Positions 10,372-22,100 of a DNA stretch of 64,000 nucleotides are shown piece after piece. The notes beneath the pieces are model-generated. The model saw only the letters and a list, made by a program, of their open reading frames with translations, was not told the DNA's origin and searched no databases. The DNA is from a virus. Position 1 is the first letter of the stretch; the number at the start of each line of letters is the position of its first letter. The stretch spans positions 1-64,000 of the IMG/VR virus record IMGVR_UViG_3300046737_000169, one strand, 5' to 3'. The position numbers were made by a program, and so were the translations under genes.

Positions 10372-11526
10372 ATGCCAACCAACTGGGTAAACGATCTACC
10401 TCCGGCGGCTCAGGCTCCGACTCAGGGGCTGGCTCCAAAACCTCCAGGGATGCAGCAGCCGCTGATGGGCCAGGGGCAGCCAAGGCCCAGGCCGATGGGA
10501 CGCGCGACGGGCCAGCAGGGCCCTCCCGGTGGTGGCGGCGCTCCAGGCGCCGGACGCTGGTGGCAGAATCCCGGCAGCGCGGTACGTCCTCCCGTGGGTG
10601 CGCCTCCCGGCGCTCCTCCGGCTCCGGCCCAGCAACCGGCGGCACCGCCCCCCGCGGCTCCAGCCGCTGGAGCACCTCCGGCCCCGTACAACGCCGGCGC
10701 CCGTTTCAACCAGCCTCCTGCGGCGGCTCCCGCACCGGCCCCCGCCGCCGGGGCACCTCCGGCTCCGGCTCCGTACAATGCCGGTGCGCGATTCCAGCAA
10801 CCGGCTGCGCCTCCTCCAGCCGCTGCACCTCCAGCGCCGGCTCCGGCGCAGGGCACCTCCCTCCAGGCTGCGCCTTCCGAAGGCAATGCCTCCCAGGCGT
10901 GGGCGGCGGCGATGCAAGGCGCCGGCAGGAACTTCGCCGGAGTGGACCCGGACAGGGCACGGCTGGATCAGATGAGCCGGATGGATGCCGCCAGGAACCC
11001 GAACGCCAGTATGTATGGCAATCCAGGCGGAATGGACCGGCCGGATATGCGGCCTGAACCGGGAGGGGATGACCGAGTGTACAGCACCGTGCAGGACCGC
11101 GATCCTGGCATGTCTGGCGGCGGCAGTTCTATCCGAGCCTGGGGACCGGGCGAGGGCGGACCCGATGCGAGGAATCGCATGGCCCAGATGATGGAGCAAC
11201 AGGATTACAACCGCCGGAGCCGCGCTTTCGGGCCGAAGCCCCCGGCTGGCGTAGCCTCCTACGGCGTGGCTCCGATGGGTGGAGGCGAGTTGGCCGACGC
11301 CGCGGGAAGCCGTGGCTCGGAGGTAGACAACGAGCGCGCGGCAGCCGAGCAGCAGCAGGAGCAGGCGGATCTACCGCAACCCGAGGCTCCTGCGCCGGAG
11401 GGCAGCATTGACCCTGGCCGTGCTGCGATGGGCCTGGGGCGTGGCCTGCCTCCTCCCCGGCGGTCCATGATGATGCAACGGCGGCCGATGCCGATGGGAC
11501 GAGGCCGAGGTCCAGCTTTCTACTAA
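10372..11526 (+). CDS. Pro/Ala/Gly-rich low-complexity internal virion protein
   Basis: GGAAAGGA RBS; duplicated APYNAGARF motif; lies between ejection genes. Confidence 0.6.
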   Translation: MPTNWVNDLPPAAQAPTQGLAPKPPGMQQPLMGQGQPRPRPMGRATGQQGPPGGGGAPGAGRWWQNPGSAVRPPVGAPPGAPPAPAQQPAAPPPAAPAAGAPPAPYNAGARFNQPPAAAPAPAPAAGAPPAPAPYNAGARFQQPAAPPPAAAPPAPAPAQGTSLQAAPSEGNASQAWAAAMQGAGRNFAGVDPDRARLDQMSRMDAARNPNASMYGNPGGMDRPDMRPEPGGDDRVYSTVQDRDPGMSGGGSSIRAWGPGEGGPDARNRMAQMMEQQDYNRRSRAFGPKPPAGVASYGVAPMGGGELADAAGSRGSEVDNERAAAEQQQEQADLPQPEAPAPEGSIDPGRAAMGLGRGLPPPRRSMMMQRRPMPMGRGRGPAFY

Positions 11527-11532
11527 CTACTT

Positions 11533-13125
11533 ATGGCTTACGGCGCGCCAGCATACACACCTTGGGAAGAAGACCCGCTCAATCCGAACGCTCTCGTCTC
11601 GCGACCCGGCCTTAAGCCGCTGGGCCCGCGTCCGGTGGGCGGGCTGATGGGTCCAAATCCCGGCTTCGATCCCGCGCAACAGACCATGCCGATCGACGGA
11701 AGCATGGGCGCTGGCCTGCCTGAAGTTCCCGCTGGTCCCGCCGTGCCGGCGCTGCCTCGTTCAATGAAGCAGGATGACTGGATCTCGGCTCCGAACCCGG
11801 TTCTCGGCGATTGGAGCAACGCTCTCTCGCGCCGCGATCAGATCATCAAAGAGAAGCCTCTGCTGCACGATAAAGAATACGACATGCCTACGTGGCAGAA
11901 GGCGCTGATGACCGCCGCCAATGCCGCCGGGGCGTACGTGAACGCCGGACGCCGGACCCATGTCGATCTGATCGATCAGAAGACCTTGATGCGCCGCCCG
12001 AAGTTCGAGCAGGCGATGGACATGTGGGAGACCAAGGGCAAGGCGATCGACGCGGAGTTGCAGGGCATCCAGGCCAAGTACGGATTGCAGCGCCAGGCGA
12101 GCCAGGACGACCTGGCTCAGCGTCAGTTCAAGCGCCAGCAGGAGGTCTCGCAGGCGCAGATCGAAGAGACGCTGGCGCAGGCCGAGCAGCGGCGCAAGCT
12201 CGCCAACGCGCCGCAGAAGCCATTCGCCGACAGGTGGGGCACGATCAACCCGGAGACCGGCGAGTACTTCAAGCCGCCGGCCTGGGCGATGCCGCAGCCC
12301 AAAGCGCCGCCCACTCCCCACAACGCAACCGCGGAGGACAAGTGGTTCACCGGCACGCCGGAGGAGAAAAAGTCCGCGTTGGAGTGGAAGAAGGCCACCA
12401 TGCGCCCGCGCGGCGAGGGCACTCAGGGCGCCCTGACCACCCTGCAGACGCTCAACCGGCAGGACAAGATCGACAAGAAGGTCGAAGCGATCGACGAGGC
12501 CGAGCGCGGCAAGGCGGTAGGCCCCGGTGGAGACCGGGTTCCCGGCCTGCACGAACAGGCGAAGAAAGTCGGCCAGTTGATCGCCAAGGCCCCGCCGGGC
12601 GCGGTTCCAGAAGACCTGGTCAATCAGTTGAACCAGATCAAGCAGGAACTCGAGGCGGGCTACAAGTACAAAGCGTCCGTGGGCGCCATCACGCAGAAGG
12701 AAGCCGATTCCTACATCCAGGGGCTCCATAAGGATTGGAAGCCTTGGGAGAAGACGGAAAAGCCGGCAGTGAAACCGGAAACGAAGAAGACCGACACCTC
12801 CTCGGTGGCCGGTGCGCCGAAGCCGCCGCCAGCACAGCCCGCAGCGGCACAAACGGCAGCGCCTGGACCGTCCGCGAAGGAAACCTTCGAGAAGGTCTTC
12901 CAGAATGAGACCATCCCGCCTATCCCGGCCGCGCAGCAGCCAGCCAAGCCGCCCACGCCCACCGGGCCGGCTGGTCCTCCACGGCCTCGCGGTGGAGAGT
13001 ACGGGGCTCACAACGAGCCCAAGGTGACCATCGAATTTAACGGGACGAAGTACATGATTCCCCAGTCCCAGGTGGCGGCGGCGCTTGCGGAGAACAAAGG
13101 CGCGCGGGTTGTACCAGCGCAGTAG
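11533..13125 (+). CDS. DNA ejection protein, putative
   Basis: Coiled-coil core with Pro-rich linkers; precedes the giant protein. Confidence 0.6.
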   Translation: MAYGAPAYTPWEEDPLNPNALVSRPGLKPLGPRPVGGLMGPNPGFDPAQQTMPIDGSMGAGLPEVPAGPAVPALPRSMKQDDWISAPNPVLGDWSNALSRRDQIIKEKPLLHDKEYDMPTWQKALMTAANAAGAYVNAGRRTHVDLIDQKTLMRRPKFEQAMDMWETKGKAIDAELQGIQAKYGLQRQASQDDLAQRQFKRQQEVSQAQIEETLAQAEQRRKLANAPQKPFADRWGTINPETGEYFKPPAWAMPQPKAPPTPHNATAEDKWFTGTPEEKKSALEWKKATMRPRGEGTQGALTTLQTLNRQDKIDKKVEAIDEAERGKAVGPGGDRVPGLHEQAKKVGQLIAKAPPGAVPEDLVNQLNQIKQELEAGYKYKASVGAITQKEADSYIQGLHKDWKPWEKTEKPAVKPETKKTDTSSVAGAPKPPPAQPAAAQTAAPGPSAKETFEKVFQNETIPPIPAAQQPAKPPTPTGPAGPPRPRGGEYGAHNEPKVTIEFNGTKYMIPQSQVAAALAENKGARVVPAQ

Positions 13126-13131
13126 AGGGAA

Positions 13132-16100
13132 ATGGCTGATAACCCATTTGCCAAATATGGCGGTGTCCTGGTAGCGGACGGCGAGGACGAGAACCCGTTT
13201 GCCAAGTACGGCGGCGTCAAGGTTGTAGGCCCGCCCAGGCCACATGTCGAGCCTACGCCAACCGGGCCTGCTCCTGCGCCCTGGATCACCGCCGATAAGG
13301 TTCCAGGCGCCGAGCTTACCGGGCTCCCCGGCGTACAGAAAGTCCCGGCTCCATACGATCTCGGCGGTCCTGGCCGAGGTCCAGGCGCCGCGCCGCCGAT
13401 CAGCCCGCTCCAGCAGCCGACGATGCGCGCTGCGACACCGCGCTCGGTCCCTGATTACCTGTCCACAGAAGGCATCACCGGCCTGCCGTACCCTGGCTCC
13501 GGCGGGGTGGTCCCGCCCGAGCCGTACGCTCCTCCTCTGCCCAAGGACGCCGGCCTCGGCGAGCGCGTCTGGAGAGGCGTAACCGACGAAGGTTGGACGC
13601 AAGTTCAAGACTCGATCGCTTCTGGAACCCAGGTGGTGGGGCGGAACATCGATCGAGCCTTTGGTCCTGGGATGATCCGCAACGCGGGCGATAGGCTCGC
13701 CCAGTACGGCGAGGAGTTGGAGTCTGGGCGCGAGTACACGCCGCCCGCCGTAAACCTGGAAGACTGGCTCGCCAAACCCGATCGGTCTGTCGGCGACCTC
13801 GCGACGATGGTCATCGAGGGCGGCGCGAGAACCCTGCCCAACATGCTGGCAACGGTTGGAGCGGGCATGTTGGTTCCCGGCGGCGGCGCCGTACTCTCCT
13901 ACCTGATGAACTCCGGGGAGATCTTCGATAGCCAGGTTAAGGAGGGAATCCACCCTGAGCAGGCGGCGAAAAACGCGGCGGTCTGGGGCGTCCCGGCCAC
14001 GATGCTGGACTACTTCGTTCCAGGGGACATCATCAAGGCTATCAAGGCGAATCCCAAGCTGCCAGCGGAGCTTAAGAAGACCCTCTACAAGCGCGTAGTG
14101 GATTTCGCCAAGGGCACCGGCACCGAGATGTTCACCGAGGGCGCCCAGAACGTCAACCAGGATCTTGCCATGTCGCAGGCGACCGGGAAGCCGATGGACT
14201 GGCGGAAGACGGGCGTAGGGGCCGCCGAGGCCGCGCTCACGGCGGCCGGCCCTGGCGCTGTCGGCCATGTGATGGAGAGCGTCGGCGAGCGCACGCCCGC
14301 CCTGGACGACGTATTGGGCGGCGGCGAACTGGCCGACTACATGCGGAAACGGCAGGAGGCCGGTTTCCAGCCTCTGGAGCAGCCGCAGCCGGAGGACGAC
14401 GGCGGAACGCCTCCTCCTCCAGGAGCGCCTCCCGGTGCTCCCCCAGGAGCGCCTCCTGGGGCACCTCCCGGCGCGCCACCGCCAGGCGCAGGCCCGTTCC
14501 CGCCTCTCCATACGCAACCGCCGCCAACCGAGCCTGGAACGATACCGACGACCGAGCCTGGGGCTCCCGACCAGACACTGCCTCCCGAGACGACGCCCGG
14601 CACCGGCGAGGCGCCTCCCCCGCCCCCTCCGGTACTGCAGGGCGAAGAGCTCTACCAGGCCGCGACCGCCCACGTTGCCGACATCGCCGGGATCGAAGCG
14701 CCCGAGCTTGCCGCGGCGCTGGGTGTTACGCCGAAAGATGCGCAGGCGGTCCTGGAGCGCATGGTGCAGGAGGGCGCGTTCACTCCCAAGGTTCTCAAGA
14801 ACGGCGGCATCTCTTACGTCAATCTACGGCTGAAGCAGGAGCGCGGCGGCATATCGCCGGTCACCTCGCCGATCCAGAAGGGCCAGGCCGAACCGCCGCC
14901 GCCTCCAGGACCAGGAGTGCAGCAGGAGCCGCCGCCGCTGCCGACGCAGCCACCAGCGCCACCGCAGGAAGACGTTTCCCGTGGAACAGAAGAAGACGTT
15001 CCGCCGCCCGAGGTAAGAACCGAGGAGCCGAAGCAGCCCGTCCCAGACGAGGCGGCGGCCAAGCGTCAGGCGTTCATCCGGAACCGCTACGCCAACAAGC
15101 CGGAGAGTTGGTATGGAACCCTCGAAGGCGAAGGCCCCCGGCCTGAGTGGAACGACTTTGTGGAGCGCTTCGCCCGCAGCGATTACGGCGCCGACCTCCA
15201 GGAGGAAGCCAAGCGGGCCATCCAGGAGTTCCGCGGGCTCGAGCCGCCGTCCGATTCAATTCAGCAAGGAAAGGAGCCAGGAGAACAAGGAACCGCACCA
15301 AAGCCGCCAGCATTGGAGCGGGCGCCGCCGCCTGCTCCAGCGGCTCCCGAGGAGAAGGAGCCCATCCCGTCGAGCCCAGAGGGCCGGCCTGTTCCGCCGG
15401 AGCATCCCAACGCAAAGCGGGAAAAGGTCTTCACGACGGCAGGCCGCGAAGTGCCTATCCGCTACGAGATCCGCGAGGCAGACGACCTCGTCAACTCGTT
15501 CGAGCCTAACTATCCGCAGGAGTATCAGCCGCGCGACACCGAGCGGATCGGCACCGAGCAGCGGGTCAAGCAGCGCCAGAGCGACATGAGGCCGGAGCTA
15601 TTCGCCGAGTCTCCGCTCGCCTCCGATGGCGCCCCGATCGTCCTGCCGGACGGCACGGTCATCACCAGGAACCACGGGTCAGAAGCGCTCAAGCGGAACT
15701 ACCGCGAAGGCTCGCCCAAGACCGCCGAGTACAAGCAGTGGCTCGCAGACAACGCGGCCCGCTTTAACTATTCACCCGAGCAGATTGCCGGGATGCAGCA
15801 GCCCATCCTGGTCCGCGTGATGGAGGGGAATGTCCCGGTCAGTGAGGTGATCGAGTTTGCGGGCGAAGCCAACGCGCCCAGCGTAGCCAAAATGAGCGAG
15901 GCCGAAATCGCCCAGCACATGGCTAAGAGGATGACGGGCGCCGTGATGGAAGCGTTTCATCCGACCGAGGACGGCAAGCCCAACATCGAGTTCGTACGGG
16001 AACTGATCAAGGGCCTCACCGTCGAGGACCAGGCTACCTTCATCGACCGCAACGGCAAGCTCTCGCAGGAGGGCGCCAAGATCGTCCGGAACGTCATCTT

Positions 16101-19100
16101 CGCCAAGGCATACCCTGACATGCGCGCGATCGAGCGCATGGCCGAGACCGAGGACGCCAGCCTCCTCAACGTGACCAAGGGGATGCTCTTCTCGGCACCC
16201 AAGGTTGCCATCTTCCAGGATCTGGTTGACCGCGGCGAGCGCTTCGATCTCGGCATTGGCCAGGACATCATCGACGTACTCAACATCCTCGATCAGATCT
16301 CGCGCGAGGGCAGCAGCATTCCGGAATGGAAAGCCCAGCAGAGCATGTTCGGGCGCGATCCGTTCCTGATCCGGCTCCTCGACATCGTCTCGGAGAACAC
16401 CAGATCGGCCAGGAGAATCTCCGATGTCTTCATAGCCTACGCGGAAGTAGCCGATGCGGCCGGCTCTCCCAAGCAGGAGACGATGTTCGGCCCGCCGGAG
16501 ATTCCCGGCAAGTTGGAGATACTGGAGACTGCGCATGAACGGGCAAAAGAGCAATGGGCGGCCAAGCCTAAACGGCGAGACCCGGCGACCGGCAAACCCA
16601 TCGAAGAAGGCGGGCCCGAGGAACAGGCGAAACCCGCAAGTGATGGAGTGGCTAAAGGACCGGATGAAGACGTACGACCCGAAGTACTTCGGGAAGGACC
16701 AGCCAAACCAGGAGCCCCCGGCGCCCAGCAGCCTGGAGGAGTAGAAAAAGGAAAAGGCGTACGCCGCCGGGATCGGCGGCGAGCTATAGACGCCGATGGC
16801 AAGTGGCAGGATGACACCCTCGCCGATATCCCCGGATTGACCGCGCAGGCAACGTTCAAAGAGCCAGGGGTAAGCGGCGTCGTCTGGGTGAACTACGACG
16901 GGATGCGCGTAGTGGAAGCCGCGCTGAACGAGCCGCCGCTGAACGGCATCGCACTTGACGACGTGGGCGTGGTCGACCTCATGTCGGCGCTGGAAGCGCG
17001 CCTCGCCGAAGACGGCCTGTACGAGGAAGAGCGTGCCAAGCTCCAGGAGTTTCACGACCTACTGAGCAAGCACCGCGAGAAGGTAGGGCCCGGCGCCGGT
17101 GTCGAGATCGTCATGGCCGATCCCACGGTGAATGCAGACTTCATTGGGACGGCCCGCGAAGAGAAGCTGCACGCCGCCCAGCGTCAGGCCAAGCTCTCGG
17201 ACGAGACCATCGAAGACCTGATGCTTGAGCCGGAGTTCCACGAGGCATGGGGATGGCTTGAGGATCACGGCTATCCTGATATTGACGCCAAGGGCGCATT
17301 TGAAGAGATCACCGCCAAGGTGCTCGCCGGCCAGGCAATCGGGCTCACCGAGGCCCAACGCATCAAGGTTGCCAAAGCCTACCGCAATGCGCTGATCGCG
17401 GCGCATGGCGCCGAGGCTATCGTTTTATTCCGATACATCAAGTCAGGTGAAGTGAAGGAGACGTTCCGTGGCAGAGAAGCAAAAGAGGAAGGTGCTGGAC
17501 GCGCCGCCGGAGTTCAGTCGGAAGGCGGTGTCGAACTTCAACGCGGCCCAACTGGCGGCCGCGAGGGCGAAGGAGAAGGGGGAGGACGAGGACGCGGCGT
17601 TCGAGAAGTCGCTGAAAGCGAGTTGGGCGGAAAGCGCGGGGAGCAAACCAAAATCGAATTAGAGGAGCAGCCCGACGACCGGGCGATCCTCCAGGGCGAG
17701 CGTCTGACCGCAGGCTTCAACGCTCCGCTCACGCCGGAAGAGAAGCGCGCCAAGCTCAAGCCCGCCAAGGTCGAGCAGACGAGTATGTTCGGCGGCGAGG
17801 AAGAGCCCGCCGAGCGCCAGGGCCGGCTGTTCGCCAAGCGCCAGCATGAGTTCGAGGCGCCGGGGCGCCTGGTCACCTCGAAGACAGCCGAGGAGTTCGG
17901 CTCCACCGACATCCTGATGCCCGGCGAGGGCTTCCGTTTCCCCGAGGCGGTGAAGCGGGCCGCCTCGCTGATCAGGAAGTACCCAGGCTTCCGCGGCAAA
18001 GGGCTCGCCAATCCCCAGGCGGTCATCGACGACTTCGTCAAGCAGATCCGCGAGAACCTGGTCTGGCTCCACGACAAGTACCGGGAGCAGCACGGCGATC
18101 TGATCAAGCGCGCCAAGCTCTGGTACGACGGCGGGCGCAAGATCGCCGAAGGCTTCGCCAAGGAGGCCGGCGTCAAGCCTCACCAGTCCGCCGCGGTCAT
18201 CGCCGTCCTCTCGCCGAAAAAAGACTGGTTCATGAACGTGGACCTGGCGCGGCGCATTCATCAGTTCATGGGCATCGCCGACACCGTGAAGTGGTCCGAC
18301 AAGATGGACGCCGGGTATCGGGCCATGCAGAAATCCAAGGCCAGGAGCGATGCCAGTTCCATCAAGAAGGCCGCTGCGAAAGGGAAGGTCTTCACTCCCA
18401 GCAAGACACTCCCTAACGCCTACCGGCGGATTCGCGGGAAGGCTTTCAGCGAGATCACCAACGCGCAGGACCGGGCCTACTATCTGCGCATGTGGGACGA
18501 GGGCCACAATAGCCGGGACTTCAATGTCCTGACGCCCGAGGGCGAGTCGCGCGGCGTGGCGCGCAACAAGAAGGACACCGCCAACTCGAAGGTGGTCTGG
18601 GCCGGGTACGACGCGATCCGGAAGGCCATGTCGGTTCTCGAGGACGGTTCGGTGGAGAACATCAGCAAGCGCCTGGGCAACCGGCACAAGGTGCGCTCGT
18701 TCTACAACAACATCCTCGATCCCAACTCGAAGAACCTCCACGTCACCATCGACACCCATGCGGTGTCGGCCGGGCTGCTGCGGCCGCTTGGCGAGAGCGA
18801 CCCGGAGGTCAAGCACAACCTGGGCGCGCTCTCGGTGGTAACCGGCGAGGCTCCGACCTACGGCCTGTTCGCCGAAGGCACCAGGGACGCAGCCAAGGAC
18901 CGCGATCTGATCGCCCGCGAGATGCAGTCGATTACCTGGGAGGCGGTGCGCGGCCTGTTTTCCGGCGGTTTCAAGAACGACGCCAACAGAAAAACGCTTG
19001 CGGCGCTCTGGCGGGACGTTGCGCAAGGTAAAATAACGGCTGATGAAGCGAGAGAGCAAATCTTCAAGCTCGCGGGAGGCATTGATCGACCAGCTTGGGC

Positions 19101-22100
19101 AGATCGACTCCCCGATTTTGGAGGACATGATCGAGGAGGGCGCGCCGCTGACGCGCGCGGAGTACCTGGCGAGGGCGTACCCGGAGCAAGACCCGGAGGA
19201 GCCGATGGACTCCGAGCTAGAGGCCGAGATGCCGGCGCTGTTCGTACACCCGGACCTAAGGAAAGATCTCGGCCTGGACGACAGCGAAGCGTAAGAGGCG
19301 AGCCGGTCCCCACCGGCAAGACGGTCGAGGCCCAGACCCACGCCGCCACCGGCGGCAGATTCCCAGACATCATCCGCTTCTCCGATGACCTGAAGAGGGC
19401 GATGGATGGCCTCGTCTTCCACAGCGAAAGCAAAGCGGACCGGAAGGCCGGCAAGCTCGCGGCTGGTTTTAAAACCGGGACGTGGTACATCAACCGGCGC
19501 GGGCTGAGCCTGCTCGCCAAATGGACAGGCTCCGACATGGTCGCGGGAAGCTCGTTCCCGGCCAGTACGGTCCCCCTTCTCATCAAGGTAATCGACGAGG
19601 ATATTGCGTGGATACAGGCCCGCAAGCCGCTCACCCCGCAGGGCCTCGCGGAGATAACCAGGCTCCGCGACCGGCTGGAAGCGTGGGAGAAACTCCCGAA
19701 GGCGACGCCGGACGAGTCGGTGAACTTCTCCTTCTTTGAGCAGGGCGAAAAACGGCACCCTGCCATGCGCGCGACGATCTCCGAGGAGGCGATACATGGC
19801 TTCCAGCGCCTGGCGGCACTCAAGGACGCAACCATCGACGCCCTGATGGATACCGACCTGTTCAAGCGGGCCAAGCAGACGCTCCAGAGGAACGGTTTGT
19901 ACGCCGGCAAAAACAACCGTTCGGTCCTCATGGAAATCACCGCGAAGATCCTGGCGGCCGATCCGGATTACGCCCCCCATATTCCCGAGTTGTTCCGCCT
20001 GCATATCGTCAAAGCCTACCGGGATGCGATCGTTGCCGAGCACGGCGAGGACGGGATCGTTGTTTTCCGGTACATCAAAAAAGGCAAGGAGAAGGATGTC
20101 TTCCAGGGGCGGATGCAACCGCCCATGCCCACCAGACCCGGTGCGCCTACGACCGGGCCGCGGGCACCGCCGCCGCCGCCACGGCCGTCTCCAACCGCTC
20201 AGCCGGTCTGGACGCCCACGGGCAGGGCGACGCAGGCGCCCTTCGACTTCACCAAGAAAGATCCTTACGCGGGCACTACGCCCTCGCCCACGGCCAAGCC
20301 GAGTACTTCGCCCACGCGCAAGCCGGTGCAGCTTCCGCTGTTCCAGCAACTGAAGAAGGCTGGCCTGTTCGCCAGGATTGTCGAAGCGGGCAGGCGGGCG
20401 GACGAGCGGCTCCGCAAGGCCGGCATCTACTCCGGCGCCACGCTGAGCGCCAACCGGTTCCTCGATCCGAAAGTCATCCGCGACATGGCGATCTCGATCG
20501 CCGGCTCGGTTGCTCAGGGCGTCATCGATGCGAGGAACTTCACCTCGTCGATCACCGATAAGTTCGGCAGCGGCGCCCGGCGCGTAGCTCGTCAGGTGTA
20601 CCGCCGCGCGCAGGGGCAGATGAGGCACGCCGCCTCGACCGGGACGCTGAACGCACGCACGCTCGGACCCAATGCCGTGCAGGCCGCCTCGATCGGCGTG
20701 CCGCCTCCCACGACGGCGGTCGCCACCACCACGCCGCAGCAGCAGGCCGCGGCCGCCCTGGATCAGCGCGAGAAGGAAATCTGGGAGCGGATGATGCCGG
20801 CCACCAAGACCGGCGAAGACAGCCTCCTTGAGAAGGGCAGGAAAGGCTGGCAGAGCTTCAAAGCCTTCTTCGACCGGCAGTACTTCCACCTGGCTCACGG
20901 CGCCAGGTTCGCCGAGCTCCGGCAGCGCCTCAACTTCGTGGCCAAGAGCCAGGGCACGTCCCAGCACAAAGCGGCCCAGGCCATCATCGATCAACTCGAG
21001 AAGCTCGACGAGAAGGAGTACATCCAGTTTTTGAAGGTGGTGGTCTACAACGACATGTGGGCGCGCGTCATGCAGCAGACCGCCGAGGGCACGCCGGTGC
21101 TCGACAAGGATCTGTGGTGGGGCATCAAGGACAAGCACGAGCTAGCCAATGTGCGGGCGAAGGTGCGCGCCGATGCCAGGGCCAATCCCAAGGTGACCGC
21201 CGCGCTCGATATGCGCCAGCAGATGTGGCCCAACATTCGCAAGGAATACATCGCCGCCATGAAGAAGGCCGGCGTCGACGTATCGAAGAGCATCAAGCGC
21301 AAAGACTACTTCCGCCATCGCGTCATGAAGCACCAGGATGCCAAGATGGCGGGCAAGGGCGGCGGCTCGCGCTTCAAGCTGCCTACCGCGCGCGGCTGGC
21401 TGAAGAAGGCCCAGGTCAACATCCACGACTACTCGCTCGACTACATCCGCTCGGAGTTTGAAGTCCTCAACGAGATGATGTACGACACCGCACGGGCCAA
21501 ATTTATCGGCTGGCTGAAGGACGAGAGCGGACACAACATCGACAAGCAACTCATGCGCCAGGCGGCGGCGCACAACAAGGCCGTCATCATGCCGACCTTC
21601 GCGCGGATGGCGCGCTACTACAACCGCAAGAACCGCGGCCGCGGCGTCTCGCTGATGACCGCCGAGTCGATGTACCAGAAGATGATGCGGCTCAAGCCGC
21701 GCGATCCAAGCTGGCGTAAGCGCCTCACCATGCGCCTGGCCGGCGCCGAGTATGTGGGGAGCCTGGAGAAGGCGCTCAATACGTTCGCCAAGGACACCCA
21801 CGACATCTACCGGGCCAACGATAAGGACCACTTCTACCTGGCGGCCACGATCCCTGACGCGCTGGCGCGGGCGATCGCCGCCAACGGCACCGGCCAGGTG
21901 CTCGACACCCAACTGAAGAAGATCCTGGCCAAGGGCCAGCGCCAGGGGCAGATGGTGCTCCCCAAGGAAGTGGTCAAGACCCTGCAGGAGTTCATGCAGG
22001 GGCCGACGAGCGATGTCGGCAAATTCGTCGACTCCGTTTCCAGGTGGCCTCTCAACAAGTGGAAGCAACTCAAACTGATTCATCCGGCAGGCGTCGTCAA

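Noticed and set aside
20024-20353. Possible fourth nested ORF after the second zincin-like copy (AAGGAG..ATG near 20096)
   Set aside because: Product is an R/P-rich shadow and the host frame keeps normal codon bias
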